Source: Candidatus Ozemobacteraceae bacterium (lineage in GTDB: Bacteria; Muiribacteriota; Ozemobacteria; Ozemobacterales; Ozemobacteraceae). Taken from it: DNA of 64,000 nucleotides. The notes under the pieces were generated by a model. That model was not told the DNA's origin. It worked only from the letters and a program-made list of their open reading frames with translations, and did no database searches. Positions 19,201 through 27,604 of this stretch are shown piece after piece. The translations under genes were made by a program, and so were the position numbers. The stretch covers positions 44,925-108,924 of the forward strand of contig DAOSOK010000009.1 of the NCBI GenBank assembly GCA_035373905.1, read 5' to 3'. Numbering within the stretch: position 1 is the stretch's first letter; the number at the start of each line of letters is the position of its first letter.

Positions 19201-21364
19201 AGTCGAAACGGCGTTCGCCGCAGCTTCCGCAGCCGCCGATCTCAGACGCGCAATTTTCGACAGGTATCTTTCCGCCGCTCGAAGCGTCCGGGACACCGAC
19301 CCCGGTACAGCGATGGCCGTTCTTGCGGAATGCGGGAAAATCGGGCTGAGCGCCGATCTCGTCGCCTCCGAAACGAGGTTCGCCAAACAGCTCATCGCCG
19401 CCCGCGACGCCGCGGATGCGGAACGCAAGCGCGCCGCCGAACTCGAAAGACAGGTCGGCATCCTGGCTGCCGAGATCCGGTCGGTCGCCCCTCCTGCCCC
19501 CGTCGCCCCCCTGATGATGCGGATCGGTGATGTGGAAACGGCGTTTGCCGCTGCCTCCGCCGCCGCGGAGCTGCGACAGGCCCTCTTCGACCGGTATCTG
19601 ACTGCGGCAAGAAGCCGGAAAGACACCGATCCCGAGTCCGCCCTGGCGATCCTGGCGGAGTGCAGGAACATCGGTATCCAGCCCGATACCGTCGCGTCCG
19701 AAGCGTCGGCGCTTTCGCAGACGGTCGCGACACGCGCGGCCCAGGCGGCGAAGCAGAAGCGCGTCTCGGATTTGTCAGCCGAACTTTCGAAGCTCGTGCA
19801 GGCCCCTTTCGCAAAGGGAGGAACGGCAATCCGAGCCCTTCTCGATGAACTGTCGGCACTTGGGGAAACCGAAAAAGCCGCAACGTTCCGTTCTGAAGCC
19901 CTCGAAACCGTCAGAACGCAGGCCGGCAAGGTCCGGACCGACGAGGACGCCCAGGAGATCCGGCGCGCCATGAAAGGGCTGATCGAGACCGGCAGTCCCG
20001 AAGAACTGGCTATATCTTCCGCTATAGAGACTTCCTTGAAGGCATGGCGGGACAAGCGGACGAAGGAAATCGAGACGGCCCTCGGGAAGGCGAAACCGGC
20101 CGAGAACACGAAACAGGTGGTCGAACTTCTTCGGGAACTGGCAGCGTTCGACGACCCTGAGCGTGTGAAATCCGCGGCCCAGGCTCTCAAGAAAAAATAT
20201 CTCGAAGCGGCTTCCCGCCTGAAACAGCCTGCCCAGGCAAAAAAACTCCTCTCCGCAGCCGCCGACATCCCCCAGCTCAAGGGCGACCCCGATCTCCGGT
20301 CGGCCATCACGGCCGCCGACGAAGCCATCGCCGAAGAGGCCAGGCTCGCGCATGCCGCCGAACTCGCCAGCCAGGCGGCCAAACCGCCCGTCGTCGTCAA
20401 ACCGCCGCCGGTCGAGATCGCTCCCCCCGTTGCGACGGTCGCGATACAACCTCCCGTTCAACCCCCACCGGTCGTCACTCCGCCGCCGGCGCCTGCCGAG
20501 CCGGTCGTCGGCCCCGGCGGATTCAAGACACTCGCGGAAGCCGTTGCAGCCGCAGAACCCGGTCAGAAGATCCGCGTCAAGCCTGGCACATACAAAGGAT
20601 CCTGCATCGTCGACAAGAACGTCACGATCCTGGGCGAAGGCAATCGCGCGTCCGTCGTTCTCGAGTCCGGCTCAGGCCCGGTTCTCACGTTGTCCGGCAA
20701 CGCCACCGTCTCCGGCCTCACGATCGGGTTTACCGGCTCTTCGCAGACGGATGCGGTCAAAATCACGGGCGGATCACCCACGGTGAAGAATTGCACCGTC
20801 ACCAGCACTGCCGCCGCTGCAGCGCCCTCCTGGTCGGCGTGCATCGCCGTCGATGGCGGCTCGCCGACGATCGTCGGGAACGTGACGAACGGCAGCAGGG
20901 GGATGGGCATCCTCGCCCGCGGAGGCCGGCCGCACATCTCGGGCAACACCTGTTCCGGCTGCGCGATTTACGGCGCCTGGTTCACCGACGGGGCCGGCGG
21001 AACCTTCGAAAACAACACGGTCACGCGGTCGGGCAAATCCGGCGTCGGCATCAAGAGCGGAGCATCCCCCGCCGTCCGGAACAATATAATATCGAACAAT
21101 ACAGAAAACGGCATCTTCGTATATCAAGGCGGGGCCGGCACCATTCAGGGGAACACCCTTTCCGACAACGGCTGGTCAGGCGTCCAGGTCGGCATGGCGG
21201 GAAAAGCCGAGCTCATCGCCGACAACCGTATCAGCGGCAATCGCAGGCACGGCATCCATGTAACGGGCAATGGCAGCACGGCAGTGATCGGAAGCAACAC
21301 CCTTTCAGGCAACGGGAAAGACGGCGAAAAAGCCGATGAAGGCGGGCAGATCTCCCGCCGGTAA
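16238..21364 (+). CDS. Membrane Hanks-type Ser/Thr kinase with two tandem kinase domains, extracellular helical repeats and a C-terminal right-handed beta-helix
   Basis: Two complete sets of GxGGMG / VAIK / HRDxKPxN / DFG / GTPxYMxPEQ; TM WLGAGAIAVAAALTYAFFLG; Pro-rich linker; PbH1-like repeats (ISGNTCSGC, FENNTV, VRNNIISNN, IQGNTLSDN). Confidence 0.9.
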   Translation: MIKPDQIIGRHYRIIAQLGVGGMGQVYKALDVNLGREVAIKFLLEADSNEEIRQRFINEGRVLATINHRAVISVYASDIDEGLNVPFLVMEFVDGKPIDRFRDQYLENQTLLFEHFVELLDGISACHQKGIIHRDIKPANILANREGQLKILDFGIAKTAKKQTKTGVALGTPHYMAPEQCLGKADVTHKVDIYAIGVMLWEFLTGKLPFDAGDSAADPALAIALMHLNEPPPLEVFTSNPAISRFADLLGRMLAKKPDDRPEVSEVMETLRKELVCTIPSAATGPIPAVSSAVSGRRGAIRLIGDIYQIQRELGSGGMGTVYLALDTSLNRQVAIKLMNESNARDTALVERFIREGQLLATVGHPNIMNIYASAIDPESGRPFLVMEYIDGVSLASLKRNLLKDRRNVPALMLQLFEGIAACHAHGIIHRDLKPSNIMVTRSGILKVLDFGIAKTSSNITQMGITMGTPEYMSPEQCMGVRDLTPASDVYTMGVIFWELIYGDTPFKPDTAENPELSIAMKHVHATLPAGVLIPDESFAPLLPLVRKMLDKSPAARPRLDELIQALDAYVEAHLSTGQALPATRRKSRSMRASGLQELLSGEAEASAGPFLKRRSTWLGAGAIAVAAALTYAFFLGKPDNTKLLTLLKAQLEQQLTAGQLQEAVRTLADLESEPGGSEAAAPFRGRLAELLSAKARSSASAGDASPALSLYDLARQIDPGNATATSGFESVKASIDALIAAEANRARLLNRSRELLPLILPGSGTEELAGIIGGLRQVGLATEAASIESVWIDTFLASGDAALASDPTRALEYFDEIRKRFSETKGIDDRIAAARRRQEEEQARLRKSRETADLIAQLDDASRSFTPESDPAAFIALCDTLAQMGERATADTYRRTAAARLFETAETLLASGKKTEAVQAMKRASDIFSGLPGLGDRLKQTEDLIAAERAAAERAAALGKRLSDISTEIQSLRPPAPVDELLSKIGEVETAFAAASAAADLRRAIFDRYLSAARSVRDTDPGTAMAVLAECGKIGLSADLVASETRFAKQLIAARDAADAERKRAAELERQVGILAAEIRSVAPPAPVAPLMMRIGDVETAFAAASAAAELRQALFDRYLTAARSRKDTDPESALAILAECRNIGIQPDTVASEASALSQTVATRAAQAAKQKRVSDLSAELSKLVQAPFAKGGTAIRALLDELSALGETEKAATFRSEALETVRTQAGKVRTDEDAQEIRRAMKGLIETGSPEELAISSAIETSLKAWRDKRTKEIETALGKAKPAENTKQVVELLRELAAFDDPERVKSAAQALKKKYLEAASRLKQPAQAKKLLSAAADIPQLKGDPDLRSAITAADEAIAEEARLAHAAELASQAAKPPVVVKPPPVEIAPPVATVAIQPPVQPPPVVTPPPAPAEPVVGPGGFKTLAEAVAAAEPGQKIRVKPGTYKGSCIVDKNVTILGEGNRASVVLESGSGPVLTLSGNATVSGLTIGFTGSSQTDAVKITGGSPTVKNCTVTSTAAAAAPSWSACIAVDGGSPTIVGNVTNGSRGMGILARGGRPHISGNTCSGCAIYGAWFTDGAGGTFENNTVTRSGKSGVGIKSGASPAVRNNIISNNTENGIFVYQGGAGTIQGNTLSDNGWSGVQVGMAGKAELIADNRISGNRRHGIHVTGNGSTAVIGSNTLSGNGKDGEKADEGGQISRR
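16630..16645. repeat. TATA-N8-TATA spaced palindrome (perfect), over the HRD codons of kinase domain 1
   Basis: TATA CATAGAGA TATA; codons ATT ATA CAT AGA GAT ATA AAA CCA GCA AAT. Confidence 0.85.
19090..19750 (+). repeat. Intragenic tandem duplication of about 110 codons (330 bp period)
   Basis: EVETAFAAASAAADLRRAIFDRYLSAARSVRDTDP versus DVETAFAAASAAAELRQALFDRYLTAARSRKDTDP; GAAACGGCGTT at 19205 and 19535. Confidence 0.85.
20011..20026. repeat. TATA-N8-TATA spaced palindrome (perfect), inside the kinase gene
   Basis: TATA TCTTCCGC TATA; codons GCT ATA TCT TCC GCT ATA. Confidence 0.8.
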
Positions 21365-21386
21365 GATACGTTCGAGGAGGATTTTC

Positions 21387-22721
21387 ATGTCACCCACATC
21401 GTCGAGAGGTCGGTTCCTCACATGCGTCATCCTGGCATTCCTGCTGGGCTTCACCGTCCTATCTGTGTCACATGCCGCAGGAGATGCCGGAAAGAGCGCC
21501 ACCCTTGCAACCGTGACGCGCATGCTCGGGTTCGAGCCCCATCCCTCGACCATCGACGTGCCCGGCCCGCTCATGCTCCAGGGCAAGCCGTTCACCGCCG
21601 CGATCGAACTGCTCGAAACGTGGGATGCCGATCGGGCCGTTCCTGTCATCCGAAAGCTCGGATTCAAGCTCAAGCTGTTCTCGAACGGCAGCGAGGCGGA
21701 GGTTGTCGAACTTCCGGCTCAGCCGATCGAGGCGAAGAGCCTCAAAAAAGGCACCGTATTCGCCTCCGGGACCGGCAAGGCCGTCGGCCTGAAGGTCACG
21801 ACCCTCGAATCGACCGGAAAAGGCAAGAACATTTCCGCCATCACCCTCGATTTCGCCGTCACCTCGACCGGCGAGGAATCGCAACAGGCCTCCGCACCTT
21901 CCGCTTTGCCGGCAACGGATGCCGCAGCCGTCCCGATCGAGACACCGGTTCCCACGGGCGATGACGCGACCGTCGTCCGCATGGCCAGAACCTTCGTCGC
22001 CCGCGCCGATGCCATGCCCGCAGCCGCCGTCTCCGGAAAGGCGCTGCTGTATCGCAAAGCTCTTTCCACGCTTCCGACCGAGTTGGACTCGACGGATGTC
22101 GCCCTTCTGAGGGCCGAAATCAACGGGAAACTCGAAGCCCTTCGGCCCGCCGGGGCCCCGGCGACAGCCCCCTCTCTTTCTGCGGCAACAGAGACCGACG
22201 CGACGGTTTCGGCGCCGAGCCTGTCCTCTCCGATCACCCGGGAGCGGCATGAACCGTCCGCCGAGGCGAAGAGCCTGTTCGAGCAGGCGCAGAAAGCCTT
22301 CGACCGACAGGAGGAGCCGGCGGCCCGCGATTTTCTGCGACGGGCGACCGAGAAAGACCCCGCCTACTTCGAAGCCTGGCTGCTGCTCGGCAAAAACGCC
22401 GTCGGCAACTCGAAATACGCCCGCGCGAAGGAGGCCCTCGAAAAGGCGCTTTCCCTGCGGCCGGACGATGCTGAGGCTGGCGCCCTGCACTTCAAGGCCT
22501 GCTACTATCTCGGCGAAGGGGAAACGGGCATCGAAAAACTCTTCGGCATGGTCGGCCGAAAACCCGACCTCCTCGCCCCCCGCATGGCCCTCGCCGATGC
22601 CTATTACCAGATGGGCGATCTTCCCCTCTGCGAAGAGCAGTGCCTCGCCATTCTCGACCGTTTCCCCGGCAACGATCGAGCCCGCGATCTGCTCGCCAAA
22701 GCGCGCGCGCGAATGAAATAG
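21387..22721 (+). CDS. Secreted TPR-repeat protein
   Basis: RBS GAGGAGG before ATG 21387; signal peptide; several C-terminal TPRs (FEAWLLLGKNAVG..., RMALADAYYQMG). Confidence 0.75.
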   Translation: MSPTSSRGRFLTCVILAFLLGFTVLSVSHAAGDAGKSATLATVTRMLGFEPHPSTIDVPGPLMLQGKPFTAAIELLETWDADRAVPVIRKLGFKLKLFSNGSEAEVVELPAQPIEAKSLKKGTVFASGTGKAVGLKVTTLESTGKGKNISAITLDFAVTSTGEESQQASAPSALPATDAAAVPIETPVPTGDDATVVRMARTFVARADAMPAAAVSGKALLYRKALSTLPTELDSTDVALLRAEINGKLEALRPAGAPATAPSLSAATETDATVSAPSLSSPITRERHEPSAEAKSLFEQAQKAFDRQEEPAARDFLRRATEKDPAYFEAWLLLGKNAVGNSKYARAKEALEKALSLRPDDAEAGALHFKACYYLGEGETGIEKLFGMVGRKPDLLAPRMALADAYYQMGDLPLCEEQCLAILDRFPGNDRARDLLAKARARMK

Positions 22722-22746
22722 GCTCCCATATCATCTGTTTCCGCAT

Positions 22747-22781
22747 GTTTCAGGCGCGGAGGATTCATCCGCGCCTGAAAC
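22747..22781. terminator. Hairpin / likely intrinsic terminator after the kinase-TPR operon
   Basis: 14-bp perfect inverted repeat GTTTCAGGCGCGGA / TCCGCGCCTGAAAC with a 7-nt loop. Confidence 0.7.
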
Positions 22782-22790
22782 GGGAACGGC

Positions 22791-22819
22791 TTGACAGGGA
22801 ATATCCGCGGGTGTATACA
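22791..22819 (+). promoter_or_regulatory. Sigma70 promoter of the ktr operon (TTGACA-17-TATACA)
   Basis: Consensus -35 at 22791, -10 at 22814, immediately before the riboswitch. Confidence 0.8.
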
Positions 22820-22821
22820 CG

Positions 22822-22955
22822 TCTCATGCTGAGTCCCGGCAATAGCCGGGAGCGGGGGACCCAATTCATCCGGGGTGAATCTCCTGACCGACAGGAGTAG
22901 GCGACCTCCCAACGCCGAACCCGACAGCTAACCTCGCAAGCAGATGGAAGGAGCA
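22822..22955 (+). ncRNA. Cyclic di-AMP (ydaO/yuaA) riboswitch
   Basis: Hallmark segments GCTGAGTCC..GGAGCGGGGGACCCA..GGGGTGAAT..GCCGAACCCGACAGCTAACCTCGCAAGC; directly upstream of K+ uptake genes, the known regulon of this class. Confidence 0.9.
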
Positions 22956-22998
22956 GTGCGGTTCGCCCGGTCTTCCGCCGGGCGGCCCGCGAGTGTTT

Positions 22999-24723
22999 AT
23001 GCTTGAGGTGCATCACCCCTCGCCGGCGACGGAAACCCGTCTCGACGAGTATTTCAGGGCCGCGCGAAGGACGATGAACGCCTTCGCCGTTCTCGGCCTC
23101 CTGTTTCTCGCCCTAGACCCAAGCTTCGGCCGAGCCACGTGGTATGCCGCTCTGAAAGCGTTCCTGGTTCTGCCGATCGACGCCCTTTTCGTCCTTCATC
23201 TCGGACTGGGTTATCTCCGATCGAAGTCGAGCCTCGCATTCATCAGGGATTTTCCCCTCGACATCATCTTCTTCCTTCCCCTATTCACCCTGACATTCGG
23301 CGGAGTCCACCCGTCCCATATCATCGCCGTGCGCCAGTTCGTGCATTATTTCAATCGCTATCTCGAACGCAGCATGCTCCAGAATCTGGCTCAGAATATC
23401 TCCGAACGCCCCGCGCGACTCATCGCGATGAGTTTTGCAGGAGTCATCCTGATCGGGACTTTTCTTCTGATTCTTCCCGTTTCCGTTTCGCCCGGATCCA
23501 AACCGTCGTTCCTGACGGCCTTGTTCACGGCGACGTCGGCCGTGTGCGTGACCGGCCTGAATGTCATCGACCCTTCGCACTACTTCACCCTGTTCGGCCA
23601 GATCGTGATCGTCTTCCTCATCCAGATCGGCGGTCTCGGCATCATGACCATGTCTGCCGGCGTCTCGCTTCTCATCGGCAAGCGGTTCGGAATGAGCCAG
23701 CGGTCGCTCATGCAGAACGTTCTCGACCAATCGGATCTCGCCGGTCTTCGAAATATACTGATTGACATATTGAGACTGACATTCATCGCCGAAGCCATGG
23801 GAGCGTTGATCCTGGGAGCCCGTTTTTACGTCGCAACCGACTGCTCGTTCAGGCGCGCGGCCTATCTCGGGGTCTTTCACGCGATATCGGCGTTCTGCAA
23901 CGCTGGCTTTTCCCTGTTTTCCGACAGCCTCTGCGGCTTCGCCTGGGATCCGATCATCTGCTTCACCGTGATGGGGCTCATCGTTTCGGGCGGCCTCGGA
24001 TTCGCCGTTCTCGGGGTCATCAACGGCTGGATTCTCGGAAGCCGGCGGGGCCCGGCCGACGTCCATACGCGCCTCGTCGTCCTGACGACTCTCGTCCTCA
24101 TCCTCGTCGGCGCCGTTTTCATCTACGTTCTCGAGTTCAACGGTCCAGCCATGCTGCATCTGAACGGGCCCGAGAAACTGATGGCCGCCCTCTTCCAAAG
24201 CGTCACCACGAGAACCGCCGGTTTCAACACGATCGATATCGCCCAGATGCGATCATCGAGCCTGTTCCTGATGATACTCTTCATGTTCATCGGCGCCTCC
24301 CCTTCGTCCACGGGCGGCGGCATCAAGACGACGACGCTCGCCGTCATGCTGCTCGCCCTCGACGCCCATATGCAGGGGAAGAACGAGGTGACGGCCTACG
24401 AGCGCGTGATTCCTGGCGACGTCGTGCTCAGGTCGTTCCTGATCACCGCGATCTCCGCGACCCTGGTTGCCTCGTACACGTTCCTGCTGACCCTGACGGA
24501 AAACCAGGACCTGATTCGGCTCATGTTCGAAACGGCTTCGGCCTTCGGAACGGTCGGCCTGTCGGCAAACCTGACGCCAGACCTTTCCCCGCTCGGGCAG
24601 TTCCTCATCATATCCCTGATGTTCATCGGCCGCATCGGCCCGCTGACGCTCGCGCTCTCCGTGAGAGCCCCCGTCAAGCGTGGCGACGTGCGGTATCCAA
24701 CGACCCGCGTTCTGGTCGGATAG
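22999..24723 (+). CDS. ktrB: KtrB/TrkH-family K+ uptake membrane subunit with an extra N-terminal TM region
   Basis: FTATSAVCVTGL, HAISAFCNAGFSL, FQSVTTRTAGFN, GASPSSTGGGIKTTT, FETASAFGTVGLS. Confidence 0.9.
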   Translation: MLEVHHPSPATETRLDEYFRAARRTMNAFAVLGLLFLALDPSFGRATWYAALKAFLVLPIDALFVLHLGLGYLRSKSSLAFIRDFPLDIIFFLPLFTLTFGGVHPSHIIAVRQFVHYFNRYLERSMLQNLAQNISERPARLIAMSFAGVILIGTFLLILPVSVSPGSKPSFLTALFTATSAVCVTGLNVIDPSHYFTLFGQIVIVFLIQIGGLGIMTMSAGVSLLIGKRFGMSQRSLMQNVLDQSDLAGLRNILIDILRLTFIAEAMGALILGARFYVATDCSFRRAAYLGVFHAISAFCNAGFSLFSDSLCGFAWDPIICFTVMGLIVSGGLGFAVLGVINGWILGSRRGPADVHTRLVVLTTLVLILVGAVFIYVLEFNGPAMLHLNGPEKLMAALFQSVTTRTAGFNTIDIAQMRSSSLFLMILFMFIGASPSSTGGGIKTTTLAVMLLALDAHMQGKNEVTAYERVIPGDVVLRSFLITAISATLVASYTFLLTLTENQDLIRLMFETASAFGTVGLSANLTPDLSPLGQFLIISLMFIGRIGPLTLALSVRAPVKRGDVRYPTTRVLVG

Positions 24724-24738
24724 CTCCCGGAGGATCAC

Positions 24739-25443
24739 ATGCAGTATGCCGTCTTAGGACTCGGACGATTCGGTTCGAAGCTTGCCACGTCGCTGTTCTC
24801 TCGGGGAGGCGAAGTGCTCGCCATCGACAGCGACCCAGACGCCGTCGAGCGGATCAAGGACCACGTCTCCCACGTCGCGATCGCCGACGTCACGGACGAG
24901 CTGTCCCTGCGCAGCCTCGGCCTGCCGGACATGGACGTGGCCGTGGTCGCCATCGGCGAAATGATCGAGACGAGCATTCTGGCGACGGCGCTCCTGAAGC
25001 GGCTCGGTGTGCGCCGTATCCTTTCGCGCGCCGTCAACAAGTCCCAGGCTCAGATTCTCACCGAGGTCGGCGCAACCGAGGTCTTCTCTCTCGAAGATCA
25101 GATGGGCGACCAGATTGCCAGCCGGCTCATCGCGCCGCACATTCTCGAAAGCATCACCCTCAGTTCCGGACACTCGCTCGTCGAAATCCTTCCGTTGAAG
25201 TCGTTCATCGGAAAAACCCTGAAAGACCTGAATCTCCGCGCGAAAGCCGGCATCAACGTGATCGCGATCAAGCGCAAGGTGCCTTCGATCAACGAACGGG
25301 GGGAAAACACCATCAAGGTGGTCCTCAACGATCTTCCCTCGCCGGATGAAAAAATCACCGACGACGACATCCTGGTCGTCGTCGGACAGGACGAACGCAT
25401 CTCGGCCCTTTCGCGTTCGTTCGAAGAGGAGGAGCAGGTATGA
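24739..25443 (+). CDS. ktrA: KtrA/TrkA-family RCK regulatory subunit
   Basis: VLGLGRFG Rossmann motif, DVAVVAIG, RCK_C (LNLRAKAGINVIAIKR). Confidence 0.9.
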   Translation: MQYAVLGLGRFGSKLATSLFSRGGEVLAIDSDPDAVERIKDHVSHVAIADVTDELSLRSLGLPDMDVAVVAIGEMIETSILATALLKRLGVRRILSRAVNKSQAQILTEVGATEVFSLEDQMGDQIASRLIAPHILESITLSSGHSLVEILPLKSFIGKTLKDLNLRAKAGINVIAIKRKVPSINERGENTIKVVLNDLPSPDEKITDDDILVVVGQDERISALSRSFEEEEQV

Positions 25444-26714
25444 TCCGCATGTCCATGGCGTCTCGATTCAGGCTGGGCGCCGGATTTTCAATAGCAATCG
25501 TTATATTTCTTGGTCTTTTTTCGATATACCACTTGCACTATCTGAACGAGGAGATCCAGACGCAGCTGACCGACGACTTCGCCCTGATCCGATTCGCCGA
25601 GGCCGCGGGCTCGCTGTGCAACGACGTTCAGTTCCGTATCACGACGGCGTTTCAGGCGTCTTCGCCGCATCGCCTCGGCGAGATTGCCGCCACGCTGGAA
25701 AAGGCGCGGCGGCATCTCGAAACGGGTTTTCTCATGTCCCCGGCCCGGCAGGCGAGCGCGGCAACGCTTCTCGCCGACCTCGACGAGTACGCCGGAAAAA
25801 TTCTGGAAACGTCTTCGCGCACGGTGTCTCCCCTTCCCGATTCGATCGTCGTCCTTCACACCCTGCACCAGCGGTTCCTGGAAAAACTCAACACGTTCGT
25901 TTCGGCAAATCTCGACGTCCTGACCTCGAGACAAAGCAATCTCGCCGCCATCAGCAAATCGTTCCAGACACGTATGGGGGTCATTGCCATTCTGACCGTC
26001 ACCCTCGCGGTCTTCATGTCCGTCTTTTTCTCCCAGCAGATATCCCTGCCCATTCGACGCCTGCGCGACATCATCCATACGATCCGCGACGGGAATTACG
26101 GGATCATCGTCGGTGCACGCAGTGCCGGAGACGACGTCAGCCAGGTTTTCACGTCCCTCTCACACATGGCAGAGCACATCGCGATCCGCGACCGGCTCAA
26201 ACTCGAAAAAATCGATCTCGAAAAGCGCCGGTTCGCGATGCTTGCGAACTATATCGGGCATCCCCTGCTCCTGATCAATGCCGAGAACAAGATCGCCTAT
26301 GCCAACAACGAGTTTCTGGGTATGTTCAAACTCGCCTGGGACGACGTGTATGAAGTCGATCTCTCCGTTGCCCCTCTTCACCCCCAATTGAAGGAGAAGA
26401 TCCATCACGCCCTGTCCCGCCGTGAATGGCCCAACAACGTGCCGCTCCGTTTGTCATGCGAAACGTATTCCTACCGTACACGACTAACGCTGCTTCCCGT
26501 GAAAACGTCGAACAACGAAATGGCGTCCGTGATCTGCCTGCTCAAAAAACGTCGACACGCTTCGGAGAAAGCGAATCTGAAGCTTCGCCACAAACACGAA
26601 ACCCCTCTTCCGGCGCCCACAGAAGAGGGAACTCAGGCGACCGGAGAGGCTTCCCCCGCCCCGTCCGATGTGACGCCCCAGGTTCCCGATCCGACCTCGC
26701 AGGAGAAAAAGTGA
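25440..26714 (+). CDS. Membrane sensor-like protein (periplasmic helical domain, HAMP, PAS) lacking a histidine-kinase core
   Basis: Two TMs, HAMP (ISLPIRRLRDIIHTIRDGNY), PAS-like (HPLLLINAENKIAYANNEF), then a short low-complexity tail; ATGA overlap with ktrA. Confidence 0.7.
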   Translation: MIRMSMASRFRLGAGFSIAIVIFLGLFSIYHLHYLNEEIQTQLTDDFALIRFAEAAGSLCNDVQFRITTAFQASSPHRLGEIAATLEKARRHLETGFLMSPARQASAATLLADLDEYAGKILETSSRTVSPLPDSIVVLHTLHQRFLEKLNTFVSANLDVLTSRQSNLAAISKSFQTRMGVIAILTVTLAVFMSVFFSQQISLPIRRLRDIIHTIRDGNYGIIVGARSAGDDVSQVFTSLSHMAEHIAIRDRLKLEKIDLEKRRFAMLANYIGHPLLLINAENKIAYANNEFLGMFKLAWDDVYEVDLSVAPLHPQLKEKIHHALSRREWPNNVPLRLSCETYSYRTRLTLLPVKTSNNEMASVICLLKKRRHASEKANLKLRHKHETPLPAPTEEGTQATGEASPAPSDVTPQVPDPTSQEKK

Positions 26715-26720
26715 CCGGTC

Positions 26721-27578
26721 ATGCAATCGACGCTTCTCTTCCTCATGAAACTTCTTCTGTTCGTCTTCATCGCCAGCTCCCTCCTTCAGAATTATCTCAT
26801 CTTCTTTCCGGTCAGGTTGATCGCCCCACCGGGTCTGCCGAAGATCCCCGGAAGAACGTTCGTCCACGTATCGTTTTCAGCCGACGACGGGACGGTCCTC
26901 ACGGGCGTCTGGATGGGAACGTCATCGCCCGCCTCGGAACTGAACGCCGGTCCCGCTTCCCGCCCGGTTCTCCTCTTTTCACACGGCAACGCGGGGCACC
27001 TGGGTTACCGTCTGGCGCGACTCGAAGCTTTCGCGAACCTGCCGGTCGACGTGTTCCTCTATGATTATCGGGGCTTCGGCCGGAGCGACGGCCGACCGAG
27101 CGTTTCCGGCGTCAAGAAAGACGCCCAGGCAGCCTTGGCATACCTGCTGAACGAGCGAAAGATTCCTATCGAACGAGTGATTCTGTACGGCGAATCGATC
27201 GGCGGAGGAGTCGCGACATGGCTTGCGGGCGATCACCTCGCCGACATCGGCGGCGTCGTCGTGGAGTCCGGCTTCCGCTCGCTGAAATTCCGTGCCGCCA
27301 GCCGGTTCCCGATCATCGGCCCGCTCGTTCTATCGGACGATCTTCCCAGCGAGACGATCCTCGCGAAATACACTGGCCCCCTGCTCGTGATTCACTCGCG
27401 CGACGACCGTATCATCCCGTTCGAAGACGGCAAGACTCTTTTCGACGTCTGCCCATCGAAAAAGAAACGCCTGTGCGAACTTACGGGAGCCGGTCACAAC
27501 GACCCCGTGTGGGCAAGGCAGGATTACATGACCGTCTGGCGTGACTTCCTGGCAGAGACGTTTCCGGAAGCACGCTGA
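26721..27578 (+). CDS. Alpha/beta hydrolase (BEM46/ABHD13-like)
   Basis: SHGNAG, DYRGFGRSDG, GESIGG nucleophile elbow, HSRDDRII, GAGHND. Confidence 0.85.
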   Translation: MQSTLLFLMKLLLFVFIASSLLQNYLIFFPVRLIAPPGLPKIPGRTFVHVSFSADDGTVLTGVWMGTSSPASELNAGPASRPVLLFSHGNAGHLGYRLARLEAFANLPVDVFLYDYRGFGRSDGRPSVSGVKKDAQAALAYLLNERKIPIERVILYGESIGGGVATWLAGDHLADIGGVVVESGFRSLKFRAASRFPIIGPLVLSDDLPSETILAKYTGPLLVIHSRDDRIIPFEDGKTLFDVCPSKKKRLCELTGAGHNDPVWARQDYMTVWRDFLAETFPEAR

Positions 27579-27604
27579 TCGCACGGCACCTCCCGGTCAG
27601 GAGG

